Positions 25,408-33,417 of a stretch of 33,417 bases of DNA are shown piece by piece. Every line of letters starts with the position of its first letter. Position 1 is the stretch's first letter. The notes beneath the pieces were generated by a model, which was not told the origin of the DNA, did no database searches, and saw only the letters and a program-made list of their open reading frames with translations. The stretch spans positions 1 through 33,417 of the IMG/VR virus record IMGVR_UViG_3300043103_000064. One strand, written 5' to 3'. A program made the translations under genes and the position numbers. The DNA comes from a virus. Taxonomy: Duplodnaviria > Caudoviricetes.

Positions 25408-26541
25408 ATGGCATTAGATCCAGTTAATCCGAAGGCGCTGAAAGGCAAATTCAAAGACCGCGAAGACAAAGATATCGACAACGATGGTGATACAGATTCT
25501 TCAGACGAATATCTACACAAGCGCCGTCAAGCCGTTTCAAAGGCAATTAACAAAAAAGTAGAAGAAGCCAAGATGACGCCTGATCAAATGAAGAAGGCAC
25601 TCGCTTCTGCTAAGGCGCAAGCACAATCGAAAGACAAAGTTTCTTTGAAGAAGCCTCCTTTCAAGATTGATGAAGTATCCCAAGAACTTGCCACTAGAGC
25701 ATATGACAGAGGATCCAGAGATAGATTTGGGTTTGGCGAATATGGCGATGATCATCAAATTGTAATATCGCCAAAAAATCATCAAGGCAAGATCATCAAG
25801 TTGACGGGCCTGCATACTGTTAAAAAACAAAAGCGTGAAGAAGCCAACCTTGATGAAGCAGCCAAGACAGATGATCATTGGGTACATATCAATCATGCAG
25901 GATCATTTCACAGTCCAACAAAAGACAAGATCGTAGGCTATAGCAAACCATCAAAAGATGCGCCTAAACTAAAAGATGGCGCAAATGGTGCAATGCGCGT
26001 CGGTACTGCGAAGAAAAAAGGTTATGCAGTTGAATCAGTCGACCTTGATGAAGCAAAACTACCAGCACATATTATCCGCGGAGATAAGTATGATGGTATT
26101 CCAGATCGTATCGTAGCACAAGCAAAAGATACTGTCAGAAAAATGAATTTGGATAGATCAGATCAAAAACAAGAAGCGATGTATAAAGCACTTTCCGATC
26201 TAGGTTGGGAAATGACTGCGGCGGGCAAATTCGTGAAAGAATCAGTCGTATTGAAAGCCTTGCGCCGTATATCAGAAGCAAAAGACGCATACACTGTAGC
26301 TCACAAGTCGTTCTCTTCAGCCGTTCAACACGCAGAAGAAGTTGCTAAAAAACGCGGCTTCGAAATTGATCCAGAAGAATGGGATCGCAAAGTATCTATG
26401 GGTCCTCGTAAACCTGGCGCTGGTAAGACAAACTCATACAAGATCGACCTTATGAAAGATGGTAAAGAAGTGAAGCAAAAACTTAACATGCAAGTTTACT
26501 ATGACGAAGGTCGCTACGAACTTAATATGTATATTTCTTAA
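25408..26541 (+). CDS. Charged hypothetical protein, prohead-core/internal-protein-like
   Basis: AAGGAG SD; DIDNDGDTDSSDEYLHKRR motif; repeated LDEA/VEEA/ISEA sites. Confidence 0.7.
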   Translation: MALDPVNPKALKGKFKDREDKDIDNDGDTDSSDEYLHKRRQAVSKAINKKVEEAKMTPDQMKKALASAKAQAQSKDKVSLKKPPFKIDEVSQELATRAYDRGSRDRFGFGEYGDDHQIVISPKNHQGKIIKLTGLHTVKKQKREEANLDEAAKTDDHWVHINHAGSFHSPTKDKIVGYSKPSKDAPKLKDGANGAMRVGTAKKKGYAVESVDLDEAKLPAHIIRGDKYDGIPDRIVAQAKDTVRKMNLDRSDQKQEAMYKALSDLGWEMTAAGKFVKESVVLKALRRISEAKDAYTVAHKSFSSAVQHAEEVAKKRGFEIDPEEWDRKVSMGPRKPGAGKTNSYKIDLMKDGKEVKQKLNMQVYYDEGRYELNMYIS

Positions 26542-26563
26542 CCCAGAAAAAGGAGAAACCAAA

Positions 26564-27307
26564 ATGGCACTATGGGGAAACAAAGACACTAAGGCTGTAA
26601 CAGGCACAGTCGCAGTCGCAAATTCGAACACTACAGTGACTGGCACAAGCACTACATTTACAACCGAACTCAAGGTTGGCAACACACTTGTTATTGAATC
26701 AGTACCATACGGTATCGTGGCAATTGCAAACACAACATCACTTACACTTGCAAGCGTTTATGCTGGCTCAACAGCATCTGGTCTTACAGTAACTGCAAAC
26801 GAATCGCCAGCATCTGTTCCGAATGCTGATAAAGCAAAAGTTTTTGGTGTTGACACAACAGAAGCGGCAGAAACAAGACAGATCACATCTGCTGGTTGGG
26901 TTCTACAAACAACAGGTTCAGGCGGTCGTGCAGGTCGCGTTTCATACGAAACACTTGTTGCTATGGGTACAATTTCTGGCGATGCTGAAGACACGGCATT
27001 CCCAGATGCGACAATTACCATCGTTACACAGCCTGTCAATCGTTCTGTAACAGCACCTGCAGGCACTACATTCGTAGTGGCAGCGACTGCCACACAAAGC
27101 GCGACAATTGTTTACGATTGGGAAGTATCGACAAATGCTGGTTCTACATGGGCAAACGCAACAGGCGGCGTATACTCAGGAGCAGATTCAGCAACTCTAA
27201 CTATCTCGAACTCGACTGGTCTAACTGGTTATCTATACCGTTGTAACCTAACGGCAACTGGCGCGACAGGCAAAACAACTACATCAGCATCACTAACTGT
27301 AGCATAA
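26564..27307 (+). CDS. Virion structural/decoration protein with C-terminal Ig-like domain
   Basis: MALWG start, very T/A/S-rich; ITIVTQP...YDWEVS...ATLTI...YLYRC Ig pattern; AAGGAG SD. Confidence 0.75.
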   Translation: MALWGNKDTKAVTGTVAVANSNTTVTGTSTTFTTELKVGNTLVIESVPYGIVAIANTTSLTLASVYAGSTASGLTVTANESPASVPNADKAKVFGVDTTEAAETRQITSAGWVLQTTGSGGRAGRVSYETLVAMGTISGDAEDTAFPDATITIVTQPVNRSVTAPAGTTFVVAATATQSATIVYDWEVSTNAGSTWANATGGVYSGADSATLTISNSTGLTGYLYRCNLTATGATGKTTTSASLTVA

Positions 27308-27315
27308 TAAATACT

Positions 27316-27347
27316 ATGGAGAGGGAGCAATCTTCCTCTCCATTTTT
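27316..27347 (+). terminator. Intrinsic terminator
   Basis: ATGGAGAGGGAG-CAAT-CTTCCTCTCCAT-TTTT. Confidence 0.75.
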
Positions 27348-27370
27348 CTGAAACAGTGTGGGAATGTAAC

Positions 27371-27745
27371 ATGATACTTGACGAAACTTCATTTTTAATA
27401 TATGCCGCAAGGCATTACGACATGAAAAAGTCGTCTGGTATCGAAGAATTTAATGATGATCTTAAAAAGTTCCAGTATCTCAAAAGACTCTTCAAGAGAT
27501 ACGAAGAAAATGGTGACCTCAAAGTGAGATTGATTCTAAATCATCTAATCATATTATACAACTGTTTCGGTCCATATGCAACCAATTTGTTGTTCTTTAA
27601 GTTAAAAGATCAGCACCAATACTTAAAGCCCTTCGTCATGTTTCTGAATTACATGCCAGATGTGATAGAATACGAAGAAGTAAGACTCCTAAATTCCGAC
27701 ATCCCTTTAGATTTAAACATAGTAAAAGAATTGAGAAAAATATGA
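27371..27745 (+). CDS. Conserved T4-like hypothetical protein
   Basis: EEFNDDLKKFQYLKRLF and RLILNHLIILYNCFG motifs. Confidence 0.8.
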   Translation: MILDETSFLIYAARHYDMKKSSGIEEFNDDLKKFQYLKRLFKRYEENGDLKVRLILNHLIILYNCFGPYATNLLFFKLKDQHQYLKPFVMFLNYMPDVIEYEEVRLLNSDIPLDLNIVKELRKI

Positions 27746-28272
27746 TCGACCTATTCTTCCTATACATGTTTATCAAGAGACTCGTGACGCCTTTCGATCA
27801 ATGGAAAGCGTTTGAAGCAGGTATCATTGATGCTGAAGGCAATATTATCAAAGCACCAGAAGTTCGCCAGCGCACCATCAAAGACCGTGAAGCGTTTACA
27901 AAGTTCGATCTGATGGTTCTGAAGTTGAAGAAACTCCTTGCCAAAATACCAGGTGGACAAACTCGCTTTGCGACATATGCCGCTGCACTTTGGCTAATCA
28001 AAGAACACAAAAATCCCGATGCACCTATTCTGAATGAACAGGCTACAATTGATTCGATTACTGGTTACCTGAGACACATCGAAGAGCATCACGTCATTAA
28101 CACAAGATTTGAAGACTTACTTGCAGAAGACGGCACAATGTCTGCTGGCGGTGGACAGATTGCTGGTATCGGCGTTGGACCACAGGGTGAACCAGGTTTC
28201 ACTCCCGCAAACATGAAGAAGTATAAGAAAAGCAATCAGCCTTTAAAAAGATTTAAGGATATCGTAAAATGA
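27742..28272 (+). CDS. Conserved T4-like hypothetical protein
   Basis: FIKRLVTPFDQWKAFEAGIIDAEG and YAAALWLIKE; ATGA overlaps at both ends. Confidence 0.8.
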   Translation: MIDLFFLYMFIKRLVTPFDQWKAFEAGIIDAEGNIIKAPEVRQRTIKDREAFTKFDLMVLKLKKLLAKIPGGQTRFATYAAALWLIKEHKNPDAPILNEQATIDSITGYLRHIEEHHVINTRFEDLLAEDGTMSAGGGQIAGIGVGPQGEPGFTPANMKKYKKSNQPLKRFKDIVK

Positions 28273-28718
28273 CCGAAGCAGAATTAAAAACCGATGTTGA
28301 ATTAGTCAAGCGCGATGTTGCCACTATGCAAAATATGATGTCAAAACTGGACACTGCAATTGACAAGATTGCGGATGTTTCAAATGGCATTTCAAAAATA
28401 CTTGCCGTCCACGACCAAGCTATTGATACACTCAGAGTATCCGTCGAGGAAAGAAAAAGATTATCTGAGAAAGAAGTTGAATTGTTACACAAGCGTATAA
28501 CAGAAATGAAAGATGAAAACACAGAAGGACGCAAGGCGAATCATGCCGAACTCCTTGCTGCGATCAAGGACATGGACAAGACCAACCAGTCAGAAATTAC
28601 CGCGCTGTCTGAAAGAGTTGCGTTGCTAGAGAAGTGGAAGTGGGCAGTCGTGGTAGGCGCTACAGTCGCTGGCTATTTTCTTTCGAAAATGCCCGCGTTA
28701 GCCGCACTTTTTAGTTGA
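28269..28718 (+). CDS. Coiled-coil protein with C-terminal hydrophobic anchor
   Basis: Heptad-rich body, then LEKWKWAVVVGATVAGYFL. Confidence 0.75.
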   Translation: MTEAELKTDVELVKRDVATMQNMMSKLDTAIDKIADVSNGISKILAVHDQAIDTLRVSVEERKRLSEKEVELLHKRITEMKDENTEGRKANHAELLAAIKDMDKTNQSEITALSERVALLEKWKWAVVVGATVAGYFLSKMPALAALFS

Positions 28719-28742
28719 CAGGATTTTTCCGTAGTGTATAAT
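28715..28742 (+). promoter_or_regulatory. Sigma70-like promoter for primase operon
   Basis: TTGACA(28715)-16 bp-TATAAT(28737). Confidence 0.7.
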
Positions 28743-28774
28743 CATCTTATGTGATTAGCATATATGGAGTAGTA

Positions 28775-29809
28775 ATGAATTATATTGATCTCAAGTATAC
28801 GAATCTTCTGTCAAATAGACTTGAGAGATTTTCAATCAAAGATACGAATCCATACAGAGTAAACTTTCGGTGCCCTTTGTGTGGAGACTCAGCTAAGTCA
28901 AAAAGTAAGACGCGTGGATGGATACTCGAAAAGAATAACGCTGCACTCATGTATTGCCACAACTGTGGTGCCTCTATGGGTCTGCGAAAGTTTCTCGAAA
29001 AAGTTGATCCAATTCTATACAACGATTATATCATTGATACTCGACTCGACAAAGATATTCTTAAAAAACAAGTTCAAGAGTTAACTTCGCCATTAGATAC
29101 ACTGACACACAAGGTGCCCAATTTCAAAAAGAGTGGGTCGCCTTTGTTGTCTATTCGAAAGATTAGTCAATTGAAAGGTGGTCATCCTGCGAAGACTTAC
29201 ATAGAGAACCGACAGATACCAGCGAACCAACACTACAAGTTATACTATGCACCTAAGTTTAACGAGTGGGTAAACAGTATTATTCCAGGTAAACTACCAG
29301 AACAAGAAAGAGACGCACCAAGACTGATACTGCCGTTCATTGATGACAAAGGAAACCTATTCGGTTTTCAAGGTAGAGCGTTTGATAAATACTCGCTGCG
29401 CTATATCACAATCATGATCGATCCCACGATGCCGAAGATATTTGGTTTAGACACTATTGATTTCGAAAGGAAGTATTATGTTGTTGAAGGTCCTATTGAT
29501 AGTCTTTTTCTTGATAATGCAGTGGCCATGGCTGGCGCTGATGGTTCTGGTGCTGGGCTTTCTCATATAGAGAATGCGATTATGGTGTTTGACAACGAGC
29601 CTCGAAACAAAGAAATATGTTCTCGTATGGAGAAATGTCTTGACAAAGGCTACAAAGTTTGCATATGGCCGACGAATGTGGTTGACAAAGATATCAATGA
29701 TATGATATTATCGAATATAAACAACGCTGACGTCCAGCTTATTATTGACCAAAACACATACTCTGGATTACAAGGCAAATTAAAACTCACTTATTGGAGA
29801 AAATGTTAA
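28775..29809 (+). CDS. gp61: DNA primase
   Basis: NFRCPLCGDS...YCHNCG zinc finger, FQGRA, VEGPIDS, FDNEPRN and KDIND motifs; GGAG SD. Confidence 0.95.
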   Translation: MNYIDLKYTNLLSNRLERFSIKDTNPYRVNFRCPLCGDSAKSKSKTRGWILEKNNAALMYCHNCGASMGLRKFLEKVDPILYNDYIIDTRLDKDILKKQVQELTSPLDTLTHKVPNFKKSGSPLLSIRKISQLKGGHPAKTYIENRQIPANQHYKLYYAPKFNEWVNSIIPGKLPEQERDAPRLILPFIDDKGNLFGFQGRAFDKYSLRYITIMIDPTMPKIFGLDTIDFERKYYVVEGPIDSLFLDNAVAMAGADGSGAGLSHIENAIMVFDNEPRNKEICSRMEKCLDKGYKVCIWPTNVVDKDINDMILSNINNADVQLIIDQNTYSGLQGKLKLTYWRKC

Positions 29810-30498
29810 TGAAAGTAAATTTGGTAGGGTCGACTGAGCCAAAGATCATCGGTATTGATAATCTTGAAGAGTTCATTGCTTACTGCGCGAAGGTAAGCAA
29901 TCCTCAATTTCAAACGGATTTTACCAACTCAAAAAAACTACTCGCTTATCTAATCAAACACAAACACTGGAGCCCGTTTGAAATGGCTTCAATCACACTT
30001 GAAATTGAAACGACCCGTGACATTGCAAGACAAGTTTTGCGTCATCGGTCGTTTTCTTTTCAAGAATTTAGTCAGCGCTACAAAGAAGTCAGCGCTATCG
30101 AAAACCCCTTTGTTGTCCGTGAAGCGCGTTATCAGGACAATAAGAATCGCCAAGACTCGGTTGAGTTGAATATGGATCGTCCGTATGACCGTGATATCGA
30201 CCGAGCATGGCGCTCAAAACAACAACAACTCAATCATGAAACGAAAATCGCTTACCAGTGGGCATTAGATAATGGCATCGCAAAAGAAGTCGCTAGGGCT
30301 ATTTTGCCAGAAGGCAATACAGTATCGCGTCTCTATATGCAGGGGAATGTGCGTTCTTGGATACACTATATAGAATTACGATCTGGTAATGGGACCCAGA
30401 AAGAGCATATGCTTCTTGCGCATGAATGTGCAAGAGCGATTGCACCAGTATTTCCCATGATTACGCAGTTTATCACAGAAAGCAAAGAGGCACACTAA
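29809..30498 (+). CDS. thyX: FAD-dependent thymidylate synthase ThyX
   Basis: HWSPFE, RHRSFSFQEFSQRY, AKEVARAILP and TQKEH motifs. Confidence 0.95.
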   Translation: MKVNLVGSTEPKIIGIDNLEEFIAYCAKVSNPQFQTDFTNSKKLLAYLIKHKHWSPFEMASITLEIETTRDIARQVLRHRSFSFQEFSQRYKEVSAIENPFVVREARYQDNKNRQDSVELNMDRPYDRDIDRAWRSKQQQLNHETKIAYQWALDNGIAKEVARAILPEGNTVSRLYMQGNVRSWIHYIELRSGNGTQKEHMLLAHECARAIAPVFPMITQFITESKEAH

Positions 30499-30499
30499 A

Positions 30500-31471
30500 A
30501 TGCTATTCGAAGAACAAATTTCAAGAAAGCCAGATCAGTATCCGTGGACTAAACAGTTCATTGACGCTATCTGGCAAGGTTTCTGGACTCCCGACGAGTT
30601 CAATTTCCGCTCAGATTACTCACAATTCAAAAGTGATCTGTCACCAGAAGAACAACAAATCATTGTCCGCACTTTGTCTGCTATTGGTCAGATCGAAGTT
30701 GCGGTAAAAACTTTCTGGGCAGATATCGGGCGTCATATGCCCCATCCATCTATTCGTGATTTAGGTTTCGCAATGGCAAACTCAGAAGTCATTCACAATC
30801 TGGCATATGAGAAACTTCTTGATGTTCTACACTTGAGCCATGTGTTTGAAGAAAACCTAAACGAGCCAGTAATCAAAGGTCGCGTAAACTATCTACGAAA
30901 ATACAACAAGAAAATTTACAAAGACGCAAAGCAGCAATACATCTATTCGATCATCCTATTCACTTTGTTTGTAGAGAATGTGTCACTTTTCAGCCAGTTC
31001 TACATCATCATGCATTTCAATCGGAATCGTGCCGTTCTGAAAGATTGTGCCCAACAAGTCCAATACACTCGTAATGAAGAAATGCTCCACGCTCAGGTAG
31101 GTGTGAAGTTGATTAACACACTGCGCGAAGAATATCCAGAACTGTTTGACGCAGAACTTGAAGCACGTATCGGTCTTGAATGCATCGATTCGATCAAAGC
31201 TGAAAATAATGTAATCGACTGGATCATGTCTGACTATTCTATTCCAGGTTTGAATGCTGACATTCTCAAGAGTTTCATGGCAAAGCGCATGAAAGACTCG
31301 CTGAACCAAATTGGATTCGATTCAAGCGCTATCACATACAACCAAGATCACATTAACGAGACATACTGGTTTGATGAAGAACTTCTTGGTGCAAATATGA
31401 CTGACTTTTTTCAAAAAAGACCAGTGGAATACGCTAAAGGCAGAGGCATCGATGCCGACGATTTATTTTAA
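30500..31471 (+). CDS. nrdB: Class I ribonucleotide reductase beta subunit, class Id-like
   Basis: QIEVAVKTFW, EVIHNLAY, ENVSLFSQF, EEMLH and DFFQKRPVEY motifs. Confidence 0.92.
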   Translation: MLFEEQISRKPDQYPWTKQFIDAIWQGFWTPDEFNFRSDYSQFKSDLSPEEQQIIVRTLSAIGQIEVAVKTFWADIGRHMPHPSIRDLGFAMANSEVIHNLAYEKLLDVLHLSHVFEENLNEPVIKGRVNYLRKYNKKIYKDAKQQYIYSIILFTLFVENVSLFSQFYIIMHFNRNRAVLKDCAQQVQYTRNEEMLHAQVGVKLINTLREEYPELFDAELEARIGLECIDSIKAENNVIDWIMSDYSIPGLNADILKSFMAKRMKDSLNQIGFDSSAITYNQDHINETYWFDEELLGANMTDFFQKRPVEYAKGRGIDADDLF

Positions 31472-31482
31472 GGGAAACGAAA

Positions 31483-33126
31483 ATGGGATTTAACTGGTTA
31501 AACGAAGACTCAAGAACATTTCTTTCACGCGGATACATCGATGGCAACATGACAGCCGAAGAGCGCGTAAGAGAAATTGCAAAGACCGCAGAGAACATCC
31601 TGGATAAAGAAGGCTTTGCTGACAAGTTCTACGACTATATGAGTCGTGGATTCTATTCACTATCTTCTCCAGTGTGGAGCAACTTTGGCACAAAGAAAGG
31701 TCTTCCTATCTCGTGCAACGGTGTCTACATTGATGACTCCATCGAATCGATTTTGTACAAAGTAGGCGAAGTCGGAACACAGACAAAGATGGGCGCAGGC
31801 ACATCTGGATATCTTGGTGGTATCCGTGCGCGTGGTTCAGAAATCAAATCTGGTGGCAAAGCTGATGGACCTGTTCACTATGCTAACTTATTCGAAACAA
31901 CTGTAGATATCGTAAGCCAAGGCAACGTCCGTCGTGGTTCTATGGCAGTCTATCTTGACATTGATTCTCCTGACATTATGGAGTTTCTTGAGAGCCGTGA
32001 AGAAGGCTCGTCTATCAAGAACTTGAGTCTCGGTGTCTGTATTCCAGATTACTGGATGGAAGAAATGATCAATGGTGATGTTGAAAAGCGCACTGTATGG
32101 GCAAGAGTTCTGCGCAAGCGCCGTGAATCGGGCTACCCTTACTTGTTCTTCTCTGACACGGTTAACAACAATAAGCCGCAGGTCCTCAAAGACAAGAACA
32201 TAAGAATACATGCGTCAAATCTTTGCTCGGAGATTGCACTACCTTCTTCTTCTGATGAGTCGTTTGTATGTAACCTAGCGTCTATGAACTGCTTGACGTT
32301 TGACGAATGGCAGCACACAGATGCTGTAGAGACAATGATCTGGTTCCTTGATGCTGTTATGGAAGAATATATCGAAAAGACTCGTAACGTCAAATTCATG
32401 GAGTCTTCACACAACTTCGCTGTCCGTTGGAGAGCGTTGGGTCTAGGACAACTTGGATGGCATACTTATCTCCAGTCAAAAATGATTGCGTTCGAATCGT
32501 TTGCTGCACACATGGAAGCAATCAAGATTAGCAAGTTCATTGATGACAAATCGCTTATCGCCACAAAAGAACTGGCTATCGAATATGGTGAGCCAGAAGG
32601 TATGTTGGGATACGGGCAGCGCAACCTCACTCGCACTGCGATTGCTCCTACGACTTCTAGCAGCTTCATTCTTGGTCAGGTGTCTCCAGCAAATGAGCCG
32701 CTTGCATCAAACTACTTTACGAAAGATTTGGCAAAGGGTAAGTTCACTTTCAAGAACCCAGCCCTTACTAAACTTCTTGACGAAAAGGGTAAGAACACTT
32801 TCGAAGTTTGGGAAACAATTTTGAAGCGTGGTGGCTCTGTCCAGCACCTTGATTTCCTAACACAAAACGAGAAAGACGTATTCAAGACATTCTCGGAAAT
32901 CACGCCTCTGGCTGTTGTTCAACAAGCGGCTGCAAGACAGAAGTATGTTGACCAAGCGCAGTCGCTGAATATTCTGATCCATCCAGATGTGTCAGCCAAA
33001 GACGTAAACGCATTGATCATCGAAGGCTGGAAACTTGGGATTAAGACTTTCTACTACCAGCGTTCGGCTAATCCAGCACAAGAGTTGGTTCGTGATATCC
33101 TCAACTGTAGCGTTTGTGAAGCATAA
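31483..33126 (+). CDS. nrdA: Class I ribonucleotide reductase alpha subunit, short, no ATP cone
   Basis: PISC, SNLCSEI, FVCNL, IAPTTSSS, KTFYY and C-terminal CSVCEA; 547 aa. Confidence 0.93.
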   Translation: MGFNWLNEDSRTFLSRGYIDGNMTAEERVREIAKTAENILDKEGFADKFYDYMSRGFYSLSSPVWSNFGTKKGLPISCNGVYIDDSIESILYKVGEVGTQTKMGAGTSGYLGGIRARGSEIKSGGKADGPVHYANLFETTVDIVSQGNVRRGSMAVYLDIDSPDIMEFLESREEGSSIKNLSLGVCIPDYWMEEMINGDVEKRTVWARVLRKRRESGYPYLFFSDTVNNNKPQVLKDKNIRIHASNLCSEIALPSSSDESFVCNLASMNCLTFDEWQHTDAVETMIWFLDAVMEEYIEKTRNVKFMESSHNFAVRWRALGLGQLGWHTYLQSKMIAFESFAAHMEAIKISKFIDDKSLIATKELAIEYGEPEGMLGYGQRNLTRTAIAPTTSSSFILGQVSPANEPLASNYFTKDLAKGKFTFKNPALTKLLDEKGKNTFEVWETILKRGGSVQHLDFLTQNEKDVFKTFSEITPLAVVQQAAARQKYVDQAQSLNILIHPDVSAKDVNALIIEGWKLGIKTFYYQRSANPAQELVRDILNCSVCEA

Positions 33127-33143
33127 TAAGAAAGGAATAAGAA

Positions 33144-33308
33144 ATGAATAAAGAAGACATCTCATGCAAAAACTGTGAAGCAGAATTTTACATCGAAACT
33201 TTCACAGAGATTTTGTTCTGCCCTCACTGCGGACACGAATTAGATTTGATTGACGAAGATGATTTGATGTTCGCTGATGATATTCTAGAACTTGATTTTG
33301 ACGAATAA
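33144..33308 (+). CDS. Small zinc-ribbon protein with acidic tail, 54 aa
   Basis: AAGGA SD; CKNC...FCPHCG; D/E-rich C-terminus. Confidence 0.7.
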   Translation: MNKEDISCKNCEAEFYIETFTEILFCPHCGHELDLIDEDDLMFADDILELDFDE

Positions 33309-33417
33309 CACTGAAACTCCAGAAGATATCGTTTGGAAAAATATAAATCCAAACGATATCTGGGTTTTAGATAAACTCATTGTGTCCCGCAAAATGAGTT
33401 TATCTAAAACCCAGATA
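33298..33417 (+). CDS. Start of a hypothetical protein, truncated by the window end
   Basis: Open frame TTG...EDIVWKNINPNDIWVLDKLIVSRKM; the last codons lie in the fold-back repeat. Confidence 0.45.
   Translation, partial: MTNNTETPEDIVWKNINPNDIWVLDKLIVSRKMSLSKTQI
33357..33417. repeat. Perfect 25-bp inverted repeat running to the last base
   Basis: TATCTGGGTTTTAGATAAACTCATT (33357-33381) and its reverse complement (33393-33417), with an 11-nt spacer. Confidence 0.9.

Noticed and set aside
30500-31471. Class Ic (Mn/Fe, R2c) assignment because of the Glu first ligand
   Set aside because: The Tyr after the first ExxH is retained (Phe in class Ic), and the EVAVK lysine fits class Id.
10787-33126. 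Introns or inteins in gp43, gp41, thyX, nrdA and nrdB
   Set aside because: All are continuous ORFs of normal or short length with no intein-like insertions.
1-33417. CRISPR array, tRNA genes, transposases, MotA-box middle promoters
   Set aside because: None seen by eye: intergenic gaps are short and are explained by promoters, terminators or the ncRNA candidate. Not verified computationally.

Overview
This is a segment of a large T4-like myovirus genome, and almost all genes are on the + strand. The core replication order is gp46(3' end) - gp45 - gp44 - gp62 - regA - hsp20 - gp43 - uvsX - gp41 - gp61 - thyX - nrdB - nrdA, typical of non-enteric T4-like phages. An alphaproteobacterial host is inferred, not proven, from a DUF1127 gene, CcrM/GcrA-type GANTC motifs in promoter spacers and a ROSE-like hsp20 leader. 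Two accessory blocks interrupt the core. Block 1 (101-6559, between gp46 and gp45) encodes a TagD-like cytidylyltransferase, two glycosyltransferases resembling the T2/T6 HMC glucosyltransferase / TET-associated (TAGT) family, an SF2 helicase, DexA, a DUF5664 dATP/dGTP diphosphohydrolase and a third GT-A protein; it is a candidate DNA hypermodification system. Block 2 (17175-28718, between gp41 and gp61) is a late-promoter block of likely virion proteins. Several of these carry a T4 capsid-targeting-like N-terminus, including a PD-(D/E)xK nuclease-like and a KxDG ligase-like protein; the block also holds a HIGH-nucleotidyltransferase polyprotein and a GH19 endolysin. Other notable items are a candidate ~150-nt antisense structured ncRNA with its own late promoter and terminator (16223-16392), two coupled micro-ORFs, a class Id-type ribonucleotide reductase and a fold-back inverted repeat at the window end (probably an artefact). 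No tRNA, CRISPR array, intron, intein or transposase was seen. All family calls come from motif recognition by eye; no searches were run.
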